From a virus (Duplodnaviria; Caudoviricetes): 24,562 nucleotides of DNA. The notes beneath the pieces are model-generated. The model worked only from the letters and a program-made list of their open reading frames with translations. It was not told where the DNA came from and made no database searches. The stretch covers positions 1 through 24,562 of IMG/VR virus record IMGVR_UViG_3300020306_000019; one strand, written 5' to 3'. Shown here piece by piece: positions 1 to 7,959 of the stretch. A program made the position numbers and the translations under genes. Positions within the stretch are counted from its first letter, which is position 1. Every line of letters begins with the position of its first letter.

Positions 1-741
1 ATCAACAATCTCTTGTATATTTACATTTAAAAGATTTGCATCAATACGTTCCGCAATCTTCTCTTCAGCCATCTCTAGTGTGATGTATAAAACGTTTTTA
101 CCTTCTAAAAGAACAGCACTAGCATGATGACACATAAACAAAGATTTACCGACGCCAGTGCCTGCAAGAGCGATATTGAGCGTTTTGTTCGGTAGACCTC
201 CTTTTGTAATCTTATTAAAGTATTCAAGGTCGAATTGAATTCGACTTTCTTTTTTATTGTAGAGTTCGTATCGTTCCTCATAGTCCTCTAAGTAATCGTG
301 TCCTACATTTCGATTAAAAGAAACAGATAAAGCATCTGATAAGATAGTTGGAATTGCATCTCGATTTTTCTTTTCGTCTTGTCCATCTGCAATCTTAATT
401 GATTCCATCAATGCCAGATAGATCGCACGATCACGACACCATTTCTCCGTAGTGTCACTTAACCATTCAAAATCGCATTCAATATCTTCCAGTTGATTTA
501 TCGTTTCGTATATATTTTTGACTTCATCCTGAGTGATATCACGCCTGTCTTCAATCTCAATCTGGAGTACTTCTTTTGTAATTAAGCTATTGTACTCTGC
601 TACATATTTAGTAATATGTTCAAATACAATTCTTTCATCCCGATTATTAAAGTAATCAGGTTCAATAAAAGGTAGGACTTTTCTGAGATATTCTTCGTTA
701 TATACTAGATTTCTGAGGATAACTTTCTCGATTCGATCCAT
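1..741 (-). CDS. gp41: DnaB-like replicative helicase gp41 (5' part; runs off the window)
   Basis: Hand translation from ATG at 741 (TAATG overlap with uvsX stop): MDRIEKVILRNLVYNEEYLRKVLPFI...GGLPNKTLNIALAGTGVGKSLFMCH...YITLEMAEEKIAERIDANLL. Walker A present; T4 order 43-uvsX-41. Confidence 0.96.
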   Translation of the reverse strand, partial: MDRIEKVILRNLVYNEEYLRKVLPFIEPDYFNNRDERIVFEHITKYVAEYNSLITKEVLQIEIEDRRDITQDEVKNIYETINQLEDIECDFEWLSDTTEKWCRDRAIYLALMESIKIADGQDEKKNRDAIPTILSDALSVSFNRNVGHDYLEDYEERYELYNKKESRIQFDLEYFNKITKGGLPNKTLNIALAGTGVGKSLFMCHHASAVLLEGKNVLYITLEMAEEKIAERIDANLLNVNIQEIVD

Positions 742-1745
742 TATTCACCATAACTAAACTCTTCGTTTGCAGCCTCTTCCAAGAGTTGCATCACTTCTTC
801 CGTGAAATATTTGATAGGATCGGCAAGAATAGCAGAAGGATAAACGGAAGATTCACCAACAACAATTCGATTCCCCTTACGTTTGAAGACTCCATGCTTT
901 TCACCCAATTCCAATAACCCATAATATCTGTCCAATCCACGTTCGTCGTAATAAAGTCGTATTTCAACTTCTTTGTTCTCCTTACTTATACGCGACTTAT
1001 GAGTCTTTGCCTTGATAATGTTTCCAATGACATCTTTTCCGTCTTTCTCCTTTTTCTTTGAGAGGTAGATGATAGTAGATGCTGCATACTTGAGACCGCT
1101 GCCTCCTCCCATCTCTTTAGTTGGGAAGTAAGATCCAATAACGTCATAGGTGTGATTTGTAACTATAAGTGGTATGTTTGCTTGACCAAGTTTTAAGGTG
1201 AGCATACGAAATGCACCTTTAATCAGTTGTGATTTGGTCATATCACGAACTTGTTTATCATTTAATGCATCAGAGATCTCTTTCTCTGTTGATAACATAC
1301 CAAGAGAATCCAATACAAACATACAAGGTTTGCGGTCTGCCTCGTCTGTCTTTAAGTATATATCAACAGCCTTCAGTGCCTTACTACGAAACTCTTCAAC
1401 GGTGACAACATTTACAACAACCAACCGTGTTGTATCAATTCCACGAGACTCCAATAATCCTTTATTGACTGCTGCTTCAGTATCAAAATAGAGGCAGTAC
1501 CCATCAGGGTTAGTGTCCAAAAAGTTTTTGACAACAGCAAGCGAGAAATAAGTTTTACCAGTACTTGACTCACCAGCAATGGCAGTAATACGATTGCTGC
1601 TAACCCCGCCAAAAATAGACCCACTAACGAGTCCATTAAAAATGTAAGATCCAGTATCAATGAATCTTTCAGTTCCATCAATGTCTGACGCAATTTGCGT
1701 ATATTCATCTCCGATCTCTTTAACTATCTCTTTTAAAAAATCCAT
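741..1745 (-). CDS. uvsX: RecA-like recombinase UvsX
   Basis: Walker A GESSTGKT, YFDTE, VLDSLG and MGGGSGLKYAAS motifs; lies between gp43 and gp41. Confidence 0.97.
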   Translation of the reverse strand: MDFLKEIVKEIGDEYTQIASDIDGTERFIDTGSYIFNGLVSGSIFGGVSSNRITAIAGESSTGKTYFSLAVVKNFLDTNPDGYCLYFDTEAAVNKGLLESRGIDTTRLVVVNVVTVEEFRSKALKAVDIYLKTDEADRKPCMFVLDSLGMLSTEKEISDALNDKQVRDMTKSQLIKGAFRMLTLKLGQANIPLIVTNHTYDVIGSYFPTKEMGGGSGLKYAASTIIYLSKKKEKDGKDVIGNIIKAKTHKSRISKENKEVEIRLYYDERGLDRYYGLLELGEKHGVFKRKGNRIVVGESSVYPSAILADPIKYFTEEVMQLLEEAANEEFSYGE

Positions 1746-1945
1746 TAAATTACCATCCCGTGTTTTTCACGAAGTATTTTTTCATAAGATTCGTCAGGAT
1801 TATCATCCATAACTTCTTTTACTAATCTTAACTTATTATAAAGTTTTTCTGCATCTACATTTCTTTTTCCAAGTCCATCGCCTGCCATTTTTTCAGTTAT
1901 TTTAACTAGGATGCCTAGTTCTCTTCTATCAATAGGTAAGTCCAT
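1745..1945 (-). CDS. Hypothetical protein (66 aa)
   Basis: Fills the gp43-uvsX gap exactly, with TAATG stop/start overlaps at both ends. Confidence 0.8.
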   Translation of the reverse strand: MDLPIDRRELGILVKITEKMAGDGLGKRNVDAEKLYNKLRLVKEVMDDNPDESYEKILREKHGMVI

Positions 1946-4437
1946 TATACAAAAAAGGATTCAAGGTTTACTGTTCTCTCGGCCTGCCATCCGATGGAGT
2001 CGAGAATTATCTTAAGAGGTTCAAGGAACGACTTCTCAAATTGTAGATCATAATCTATGTATTTGTCAAGTTTAAGTTCCTCTGGAAACTGTTGAATAAA
2101 TGATATTACATTTTCCTGTATCGGATTTGGTCTCTTAAGATAACAAAATTTAATTTTTTCACCATTATTAATTAAAGAATATTTTTGTGTGAGTTTATTT
2201 TTTTTAACATAGTGATTAAAAAGGAGAGCACCACGAGCATGAATTGGTGTTCCCTTTTCATAGATCGCATTGACACTTCGATACTTTGTGACACTACTCA
2301 CCGTTCGAGGAAATGAGATCTCCTCTGGTGGTAATGATCTAAACTTAGTTCTACAATTATCGATGAAGTCAATTACATCGTCTTCAGTCTTGGTCATGAT
2401 AAGTTTAAGAACATCCTTGATCATCTGACGACAGGGTGCAGGCGTTGAAGATTTAACTGCTTCAATACCCATCATTTTTAATTTAGGTTCCGCATATTTA
2501 ACTCCCTCACTATCCCAGACATTTAGAATATATCTTTTCTTTGCTGTCCAAATACCACGATCCGCAATATTCTCACGTTTCATAATCATCTTCTGTTCAT
2601 AGGCATTTACGTACGAGGCCAGTTTTTTGTAAGAACTCTCAATATAAGGTTCAAGTTTAGTTTGAGACACCTTATCAAGGAACGAGATAACGTCCTCAGT
2701 AGTCTTCTCTCTGCCTTGGTATATAGTTTCAACCAAAGGCCCCAGATTAAGATAAACGGAATCAGTATCCACAGCAATAACATAGTCATCATCAGTTTTA
2801 AGTAGTTTGTTTAAATATTCATTTAATCTGTCTTCGATCCAACGAATTGAAACTTGTCCAGATAAAGTGATTGCCTCTGCATTTTCAAGTTTATAGTAAC
2901 GAAAGTATTCATTTCCAATTGCACCATAAGCGGAGTTCAATTGAATCTTACGAGCCATTTGAATATTGTTGTATGTTGCAATATCTTTAACGAGTTTTGG
3001 ATTTTTTGTGTCCTCATACTTTTGTTTCGCAGTAAGCATCTTCTTCTTGTAGATGGTTCTTTCTGTATAAATCTTTTCCATCAACTCAGGCAAGAATCCA
3101 CGAATGTCTGTGCGAAACATTGCACCATTCGCACATACAGCATTGTCTTTATAAAGTTGAAAATCTAATTCCTCATTAAGTATTCTCTCAACCGTAGCTG
3201 TTGGATGTCGTTCATCCTTGAGGGTTTCTGGGGAAATATTATATTGCATGATAAGATGAGGGTACAGACTATTGAGGTCAAAATTAACCACCCAATCATA
3301 CTTTCCTGGCTTTGGTTCCTTGACATAAGCTCCTGCATATTTCTGCGATTTTGATGTTCTTTTCTTTGGCGGAATAACTATATCCTGTTTCTTGAGATAG
3401 TTGTAGATAATCGTATCCCACATTCTTACCTGATAGTGAATGTCAATAAAATTTACCTTGGCATCAAATGCCATCGTAACTGCAAGTTCAATCAGTTTTA
3501 ATTTATCTTCAAGTCTATCAACAAGTTGAACGTCCTTTATATTGTATCGAACAAACTTATCCCAATCTTTTGTATAGAATTCACGGAAAGTATCATACTC
3601 ATTGTGATCGAGTTTCTTTTCACCAAGTTCATAATTAGCGATGTAATCCAATCGGTAGGACTCTTGATTTGTATAAGTAAATCTTTTATATAAATCTAGA
3701 TAATCAAGTTGAGTTACACCGCCGATATCATATGTGATATTTCGACGACCACTGATATAAACTTCACCCTGAGATACAAGACCCCAAGGCGATAAGTCTT
3801 TCATAGACTTCTCACCAAGAATGCGATTGATACGACCAGCAAGATATGGTATATCATACATCTGAGAGTTCCAACCAGTAATTACTTCTGGTAGATTTTT
3901 TCTCCAGTATGCCAAGAATGATGTCAATAGAATAGTTTCATTCTCGCAAAGAACATATGTAACATTCGGATCTTTATTTACGAATGGCCTTGAACCAAAG
4001 GTTATAACTTTCTTTGTTGCATAATCCTGTAAACTAATCAACAACATTTCTTCGGCAACATTTTCAACATCAGGAAAACCACCTTCTGCAGCAACCTCAA
4101 TATCAATTGTTACAAGTCTTATCTTTTTAATATCAAACTGTATATGATCCTCTGGATATTTTTCTGAAATGTATTGATAAACATATCGATCATTACCGTA
4201 AATCTTGAAGTTTTCAACCTCTTCATACTTTTTATAAAACTCACGACAATCTCTAACAAATCCAGGCTGAATCGGTTCAACAGAATCACCTTCTAAAGTT
4301 TTATATTTTGTTTTTCTTTTAGATGGAACAAATAAAGTTGGTTTCCATTCTTCTCGATGTGTGATATGTTTTCCGTTCTCATAGCCACGAATTAAAAATT
4401 GATTACCTATGAGTTGTATATTTGTATAGAATTTCAC
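1945..4437 (-). CDS. gp43: Family B DNA polymerase gp43
   Basis: ExoI DIE; polymerase motifs FDLNSLYP, KIQLNSAYG, DTDS, KKRY; 830 aa with no apparent intein. Confidence 0.98.
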   Translation of the reverse strand: MKFYTNIQLIGNQFLIRGYENGKHITHREEWKPTLFVPSKRKTKYKTLEGDSVEPIQPGFVRDCREFYKKYEEVENFKIYGNDRYVYQYISEKYPEDHIQFDIKKIRLVTIDIEVAAEGGFPDVENVAEEMLLISLQDYATKKVITFGSRPFVNKDPNVTYVLCENETILLTSFLAYWRKNLPEVITGWNSQMYDIPYLAGRINRILGEKSMKDLSPWGLVSQGEVYISGRRNITYDIGGVTQLDYLDLYKRFTYTNQESYRLDYIANYELGEKKLDHNEYDTFREFYTKDWDKFVRYNIKDVQLVDRLEDKLKLIELAVTMAFDAKVNFIDIHYQVRMWDTIIYNYLKKQDIVIPPKKRTSKSQKYAGAYVKEPKPGKYDWVVNFDLNSLYPHLIMQYNISPETLKDERHPTATVERILNEELDFQLYKDNAVCANGAMFRTDIRGFLPELMEKIYTERTIYKKKMLTAKQKYEDTKNPKLVKDIATYNNIQMARKIQLNSAYGAIGNEYFRYYKLENAEAITLSGQVSIRWIEDRLNEYLNKLLKTDDDYVIAVDTDSVYLNLGPLVETIYQGREKTTEDVISFLDKVSQTKLEPYIESSYKKLASYVNAYEQKMIMKRENIADRGIWTAKKRYILNVWDSEGVKYAEPKLKMMGIEAVKSSTPAPCRQMIKDVLKLIMTKTEDDVIDFIDNCRTKFRSLPPEEISFPRTVSSVTKYRSVNAIYEKGTPIHARGALLFNHYVKKNKLTQKYSLINNGEKIKFCYLKRPNPIQENVISFIQQFPEELKLDKYIDYDLQFEKSFLEPLKIILDSIGWQAERTVNLESFFV

Positions 4438-4682
4438 GAAGTTGCATCAAGGTATTTTTTTAAATATTCTTCATTGGGATCTATGATTGTTATGATTTTA
4501 TCAGAATGAATCATCATAGTTTTTTGATTCGTATATTCATTACACCATCTTTCCATGTTATCAGTATAACATGGATTGATTAACTTGCAATTAGGATCTC
4601 CAAACTCTGCTGGAACCTCCTCAATTTCAGATATTATATATTCTTTATTTGTTAGCAGTAGAATTTTTACCATTTTTTGCAT
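4434..4682 (-). CDS. Conserved phage hypothetical protein, possible Sm-like fold
   Basis: KILLLTNKEYIISEIEE...IHSDKIITIIDP pattern resembles the adjacent ORF; stop overlaps the gp43 start. Confidence 0.75.
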   Translation of the reverse strand: MQKMVKILLLTNKEYIISEIEEVPAEFGDPNCKLINPCYTDNMERWCNEYTNQKTMMIHSDKIITIIDPNEEYLKKYLDATS

Positions 4683-4995
4683 TAGTTAATTTCTCTTCAT
4701 ATTGTTCTTTTAATTTATCTAAGGGTTCAACAATAGTAATTACCCAGTCTGCTGAACAGGGTATTTTACTATCTTTTGATAGTGGAATCCAAGGATAGAA
4801 TCTAACATTAAATCTTGATGCATATTCTTTATTCTCTCCCTCCTCACTTAAAAGAGTTGGCTCCTTTGGTTGATACATTTTTACAATTCTAGGATCATCA
4901 AAATAATATCCAATTACTTCATCTTCAGATTTAATTTCCTGTAAATCGGTGATAATATCCTCACCAGACTTGAGCATTACTAATTTAATGGTCAT
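4645..4995 (-). CDS. Conserved phage hypothetical protein, possible Sm-like fold
   Basis: MTIKLVMLKSGEDII...PWIP...DWVITIVEP; first gene after the promoter at 5018-5046. Confidence 0.8.
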   Translation of the reverse strand: MTIKLVMLKSGEDIITDLQEIKSEDEVIGYYFDDPRIVKMYQPKEPTLLSEEGENKEYASRFNVRFYPWIPLSKDSKIPCSADWVITIVEPLDKLKEQYEEKLTNAKNGKNSTANK

Positions 4996-5017
4996 CTAAT
5001 TTATTTTTTGATACTAT

Positions 5018-5046
5018 ATTATAACAATAAAAAAGAGGATCGTCAA
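5018..5046 (-). promoter_or_regulatory. Sigma70-type promoter upstream of the Sm-like ORFs and gp43
   Basis: TTGACG (5046-5041), 17 nt, TATAAT (5023-5018) with extended TGn. Confidence 0.8.
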
Positions 5047-5055
5047 GATCCTCTT
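5029..5055 (-). terminator. Intrinsic terminator after hsp20 and the 24-aa ORF
   Basis: AAGAGGATC-TTGAC-GATCCTCTT 9-bp stem running into a U-tract. Confidence 0.8.
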
Positions 5056-5065
5056 GAAAAAATAT

Positions 5066-5140
5066 TTATGTTTTCTTTTTTACCCTTTTGATATCACTCT
5101 TTGCATTTTTAATTACGGTGAAAGGAGTTAAAAGTTTCAT
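5066..5140 (-). CDS. Putative 24-aa basic microprotein (MKLLTPFTVIKNAKSDIKRVKKKT)
   Basis: Hand translation; GGAGG SD at the hsp20 stop just upstream of the ATG; ends before the terminator. Confidence 0.5.
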   Translation of the reverse strand: MKLLTPFTVIKNAKSDIKRVKKKT

Positions 5141-5148
5141 ATTGCCTC

Positions 5149-5577
5149 CTAGAGATAGTCTTTACGAGCATGATGTTCTGGAACTACTTTACCCAATTTG
5201 ACGGTAAGGAGTCCATCCTCAAGCGAGACATCTCTGACTTCAAAATCATCTGAGAGTGTCCATGCTCTTTTGAAAGATCTCTGAGCCAATCCTTGATGGA
5301 AATACTCGGATTCTGTCTCCTTATCCTTTTTCTTTCCCTCAACAAAGAGTTTTCCGTATTCTGTAAAGACATTGACTTCCTCCTTTTTAAATCCAGCAAG
5401 TGCAATCTCTAATCGAGATTCAGAATTACTCACTTGTATGAGATTGTAAGGTGGATAGTTTGTTACGGTCTCATTAAAAAATCTATTGAAATAGTCATCA
5501 AGTCCGATGCTATTTTTTGTGATGCGATCCATTATGTTCTCAAGATCGGCAGCACGGTATCTTTGAATACTCATCAT
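5149..5577 (-). CDS. hsp20: Small heat shock protein (Hsp20/alpha-crystallin family)
   Basis: NYPPYNL, LEIALAGF, GLAQRSFKRAWTL and DGLLTV motifs; AAGGAG SD. Confidence 0.96.
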   Translation of the reverse strand: MMSIQRYRAADLENIMDRITKNSIGLDDYFNRFFNETVTNYPPYNLIQVSNSESRLEIALAGFKKEEVNVFTEYGKLFVEGKKKDKETESEYFHQGLAQRSFKRAWTLSDDFEVRDVSLEDGLLTVKLGKVVPEHHARKDYL

Positions 5578-5581
5578 AGTT

Positions 5582-5628
5582 CTCCTTAAATAAGCGAGTT
5601 GTGTTTTATGTCCCCGAAGGCGACATAA
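5582..5628 (-). promoter_or_regulatory. Structured hsp20 5'UTR, ROSE-like RNA thermometer candidate
   Basis: 5' hairpin AUGUC-G-CC-UUCG-GG-GACAU; 3' hairpin CUC-G-CUU-AUUU-AAG-GAG pairs the SD with UCGCU and leaves a bulged G. Confidence 0.6.
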
Positions 5629-5631
5629 CTA

Positions 5632-5640
5632 ATTATAACA
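5632..5640 (-). promoter_or_regulatory. Extended -10 promoter for hsp20
   Basis: TGTTATAAT immediately before the 5'UTR hairpins; no recognisable -35. Confidence 0.6.
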
Positions 5641-5646
5641 GAAGAT

Positions 5647-5671
5647 AAAAAAAAGGGGTGATGATCACCCC
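5647..5671 (-). terminator. Intrinsic terminator after the Cys-rich microprotein
   Basis: GGGGTGA-TCA-TCACCCC followed by T8. Confidence 0.85.
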
Positions 5672-5694
5672 CTAATCATATTTCGGTTTTCCTC

Positions 5695-5856
5695 CTACTC
5701 TAGTAGGACGCGACAATGTGTTATACAGGTTTTATCATTCATGTCACACTCTGATACACACTCGTAATAATCCTCTATTGGGTCTATAGTAGATAGCTCG
5801 TTGGCTTCAGTATGTAACCATGATCTGAGGTTATTAGATGAGATGAGATTGTGCAT
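5695..5856 (-). CDS. 53-aa Cys-rich microprotein (C-x3-C-x6-C-x3-C)
   Basis: Hand translation MHNLISSNNLRSWLHTEANELSTIDPIEDYYECVSECDMNDKTCITHCRVLLE; GAGG SD, TAAATA upstream, terminator downstream. Confidence 0.8.
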   Translation of the reverse strand: MHNLISSNNLRSWLHTEANELSTIDPIEDYYECVSECDMNDKTCITHCRVLLE

Positions 5857-5882
5857 GATTTATCCTCATATGAACACATAAC

Positions 5883-5889
5883 TATTTAA
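5883..5889 (-). promoter_or_regulatory. Putative gp55-dependent late promoter (TTAAATA)
   Basis: Intergenic TAAATA core about 27 nt upstream of the ATG at 5856. Confidence 0.45.
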
Positions 5890-5919
5890 TATTTTTTTTA
5901 AAAGAGTTATAAATCTTCA

Positions 5920-6471
5920 TTAAGATTTAATAATATCCTCTAATTTAAACAAAGATATGAATTCAAGTTCATTATTATCCCATACCTTATGATTCTCTTG
6001 ACGATCCACAATCGCAACAACACGATTTACAATATACCCTGCATTACGCAATACATTGACAGCCTTGATTGCACTACTGCCAGTGGTGGTTACATCCTCT
6101 AGAACTGTAACAATAGATCCTTTTGGTGGTTTGTTACCTTCGATAACTTCTTTTGTGCCATGACCTTTTGGATTTCTTCTTACAATAAGAGCATCGATGT
6201 GTCTATGACCTGAGTAATAGGCTCTCTGTGCTACACCACATACTAATGGATCTGCACCCAATGTAAGACCACCAACTGCTATCGCATCATCCTCTACATG
6301 ATTAATCATTAGACGAGATAAAAGTGCATTTCCCTCACATGATAACGTGACAGGTTTGCAGTTAATATAATGTTCGGTTTCTTTACCAGATGATAAAATA
6401 AATTGACCGTGCTTGTATGCTCTTTCTTTTAAGAGATGAAGCAAAGTCTTTCGATGTAAATTGTCAGTCAT
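5920..6471 (-). CDS. pyrE: Orotate phosphoribosyltransferase
   Basis: FILSSG...HYINCK, GGLTLGADP, KGHGT and PRPP-binding VLEDVTTTGSS motifs. Confidence 0.95.
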   Translation of the reverse strand: MTDNLHRKTLLHLLKERAYKHGQFILSSGKETEHYINCKPVTLSCEGNALLSRLMINHVEDDAIAVGGLTLGADPLVCGVAQRAYYSGHRHIDALIVRRNPKGHGTKEVIEGNKPPKGSIVTVLEDVTTTGSSAIKAVNVLRNAGYIVNRVVAIVDRQENHKVWDNNELEFISLFKLEDIIKS

Positions 6472-6589
6472 TCAATAGTTCCTGTTCTTCACTTTCTTCA
6501 TTTAGATTCTTCTTTGAATCTTTATCGTTCTTGTAGTCTCCTACAACTTCTCTTAGTAGGTTATCTACATCTTTTTTTAAATCAGACAT
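6464..6589 (-). CDS. 41-aa acidic hypothetical protein
   Basis: Hand translation MSDLKKDVDNLLREVVGDYKNDKDSKKNLNEESEEQELLND; TAATG overlap with regA, GAGGAG upstream, stop overlaps the pyrE start. Confidence 0.7.
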   Translation of the reverse strand: MSDLKKDVDNLLREVVGDYKNDKDSKKNLNEESEEQELLND

Positions 6590-7023
6590 TACTCCTCCTC
6601 TGGTTTTTTTCTTTTACCAATATTATACTTGGTTTCTAGATTCCAGTCACCCTTTTCTTTATAGGATATAACTTTAATTTGATTAAGTGGAGCAATGTCA
6701 TTAACTTTATCAGTCGCGACAACACTTACCAATCCCCAATCTAAGAGCAATTGGATGATACGATTTCTTCTTTGTACATCATTGACCGTAATATTGGCTC
6801 TCTTGCCGTCTAGTGCGAATAGTTCTTTAAAATGAACGATATAATATCTACCTTGTTTATGAAGAATGTGACAAGATTGATATAGTTTTTTTTCTTTTCT
6901 TGAAGCAACACCAATACGAGTGAGTGTTTCTCTTACTTTAAGAAAATCATCAGGTTCATTTAATGTAATCTCAATCATTTGATCTGGCGACCAAGTGATT
7001 TGAGGTTCGACAATCGAATTCAT
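6589..7023 (-). CDS. regA: Translational repressor RegA
   Basis: DDFLKVRETLTRIGVAS...LYQSCHILHKQGRYYIVHFKELFALDG signature; follows gp62. Confidence 0.97.
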   Translation of the reverse strand: MNSIVEPQITWSPDQMIEITLNEPDDFLKVRETLTRIGVASRKEKKLYQSCHILHKQGRYYIVHFKELFALDGKRANITVNDVQRRNRIIQLLLDWGLVSVVATDKVNDIAPLNQIKVISYKEKGDWNLETKYNIGKRKKPEEE

Positions 7024-7403
7024 TTTCTCCCTCCAGTCTCAAGTCGATCTCGTATAAACGAGAGTTGTTCTCTAGTCAAAATATTTAAAACTTGTTTTGC
7101 CTTTTCATTACTATAACCATAGTAACGTTTAACAAGTTCAAGGTTTTCAATTTGATCCTTGCGAAGCCAAGGAGAAAATCTTTTCCTTTTTCTGAGACTA
7201 TTTAGGAAAAAGTCATACTGTAACTTCTTTGCTAAGTTAGGATGTTTATTCATTTCATTTGCAAACATCACAGAATCAACCTGACCAGATAAACATCTAT
7301 TCACAATATAAGATGGGTAACTCTTTTCTATATCTGGATCTTCATCAATTAAATTAGTTTTAGTTGTATTGATTGAGTTCAACCAATCTTTAAGATCTGT
7401 CAT
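7020..7403 (-). CDS. gp62: Clamp loader small subunit gp62 (likely start 7403; ORF open to 7427)
   Basis: LKDWLNSIN...YIVNRCLS...QYDFFLNSLRKRKRFSPW...YYGYSNEKA; directly upstream of regA. Confidence 0.93.
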   Translation of the reverse strand: MTDLKDWLNSINTTKTNLIDEDPDIEKSYPSYIVNRCLSGQVDSVMFANEMNKHPNLAKKLQYDFFLNSLRKRKRFSPWLRKDQIENLELVKRYYGYSNEKAKQVLNILTREQLSFIRDRLETGGRK

Positions 7404-7599
7404 TATATAAGGCAATTTTTTTATCAATGTAGACTCTTGCTTTTTTAAGGTCGTCTAACTCACCCTCTTGATCTTTGTGACCAGCACGACAAACATATTT
7501 GATTACATTGCCTGCAAAGAAATCAAGTTCTTGATCAGCGATAAAATCCCAAACTTGAATTTTACCTCTTTGATAATGTGATGGTGAAAATTTATTCAT
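7390..7599 (-). CDS. DUF3310 / T7 gp1.7-like putative nucleotide kinase
   Basis: PSHY...DFI...GNVIKYVCRAGHK...DLKKARVY motif. Confidence 0.85.
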   Translation of the reverse strand: MNKFSPSHYQRGKIQVWDFIADQELDFFAGNVIKYVCRAGHKDQEGELDDLKKARVYIDKKIALYNDRS

Positions 7600-7745
7600 A
7601 ATGTAGTTTTGCGTTTAATAATAATTCTGTCATTTTTAAAATCTGGAATAAATTCCAAGACTTCATCATTCTCCCAACATAACTCCTCATATAAAGAATT
7701 AAGTGTTGCCATATCGTGCCAAAGATCATTTGGTTCTTCAGTCAT
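7596..7745 (-). CDS. 49-aa hypothetical protein
   Basis: Hand translation MTEEPNDLWHDMATLNSLYEELCWENDEVLEFIPDFKNDRIIIKRKTTL; fills the gap and overlaps both neighbours. Confidence 0.75.
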   Translation of the reverse strand: MTEEPNDLWHDMATLNSLYEELCWENDEVLEFIPDFKNDRIIIKRKTTL

Positions 7746-7956
7746 GTTTTTCACTCCATTCCTTATAAGTGCTACTTAAATCTAAGGGTTCTGGATCTTT
7801 AATACCTTTTACTTTTTTCCAATTACTGTAAAGTGCTTGGAGGTGCCATGATTGAGATAAACTTTTTGGCCCGTGTTCAAGAAGATCGAGTTCCATCCTA
7901 TTTGATGTATAGGATTTATATTCCTCTCTCCAATTAGAATCATCAAATTCTTTCAT
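7738..7956 (-). CDS. Hypothetical protein (72 aa)
   Basis: Tightly packed ORF in the same operon. Confidence 0.8.
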   Translation of the reverse strand: MKEFDDSNWREEYKSYTSNRMELDLLEHGPKSLSQSWHLQALYSNWKKVKGIKDPEPLDLSSTYKEWSEKHD

Positions 7957-7959
7957 AAT

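Noticed and set aside
1198-3168. Short ORFs nested in uvsX and gp43
   Set aside because: Nested in highly conserved genes with no motifs; treated as chance ORFs.
1945-4437. Possible intein, intron or split in gp43
   Set aside because: Continuous 830-aa ORF with all motifs in normal order; no intein or homing endonuclease signature seen.
5063-5069. ATAAATA late-promoter match
   Set aside because: Overlaps a stop codon and lies directly before a terminator; such matches are frequent in AT-rich DNA.
5695-5856. Calling the Cys-rich microprotein CP12
   Set aside because: Lacks the AWDxVEEL core and the C-x8-C terminal spacing of CP12.
5578-5920. tRNA or glutamine-riboswitch-like RNA in the largest apparent gap
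   Set aside because: No cloverleaf or riboswitch consensus seen; the gap is explained by a small ORF, a terminator and the hsp20 leader.
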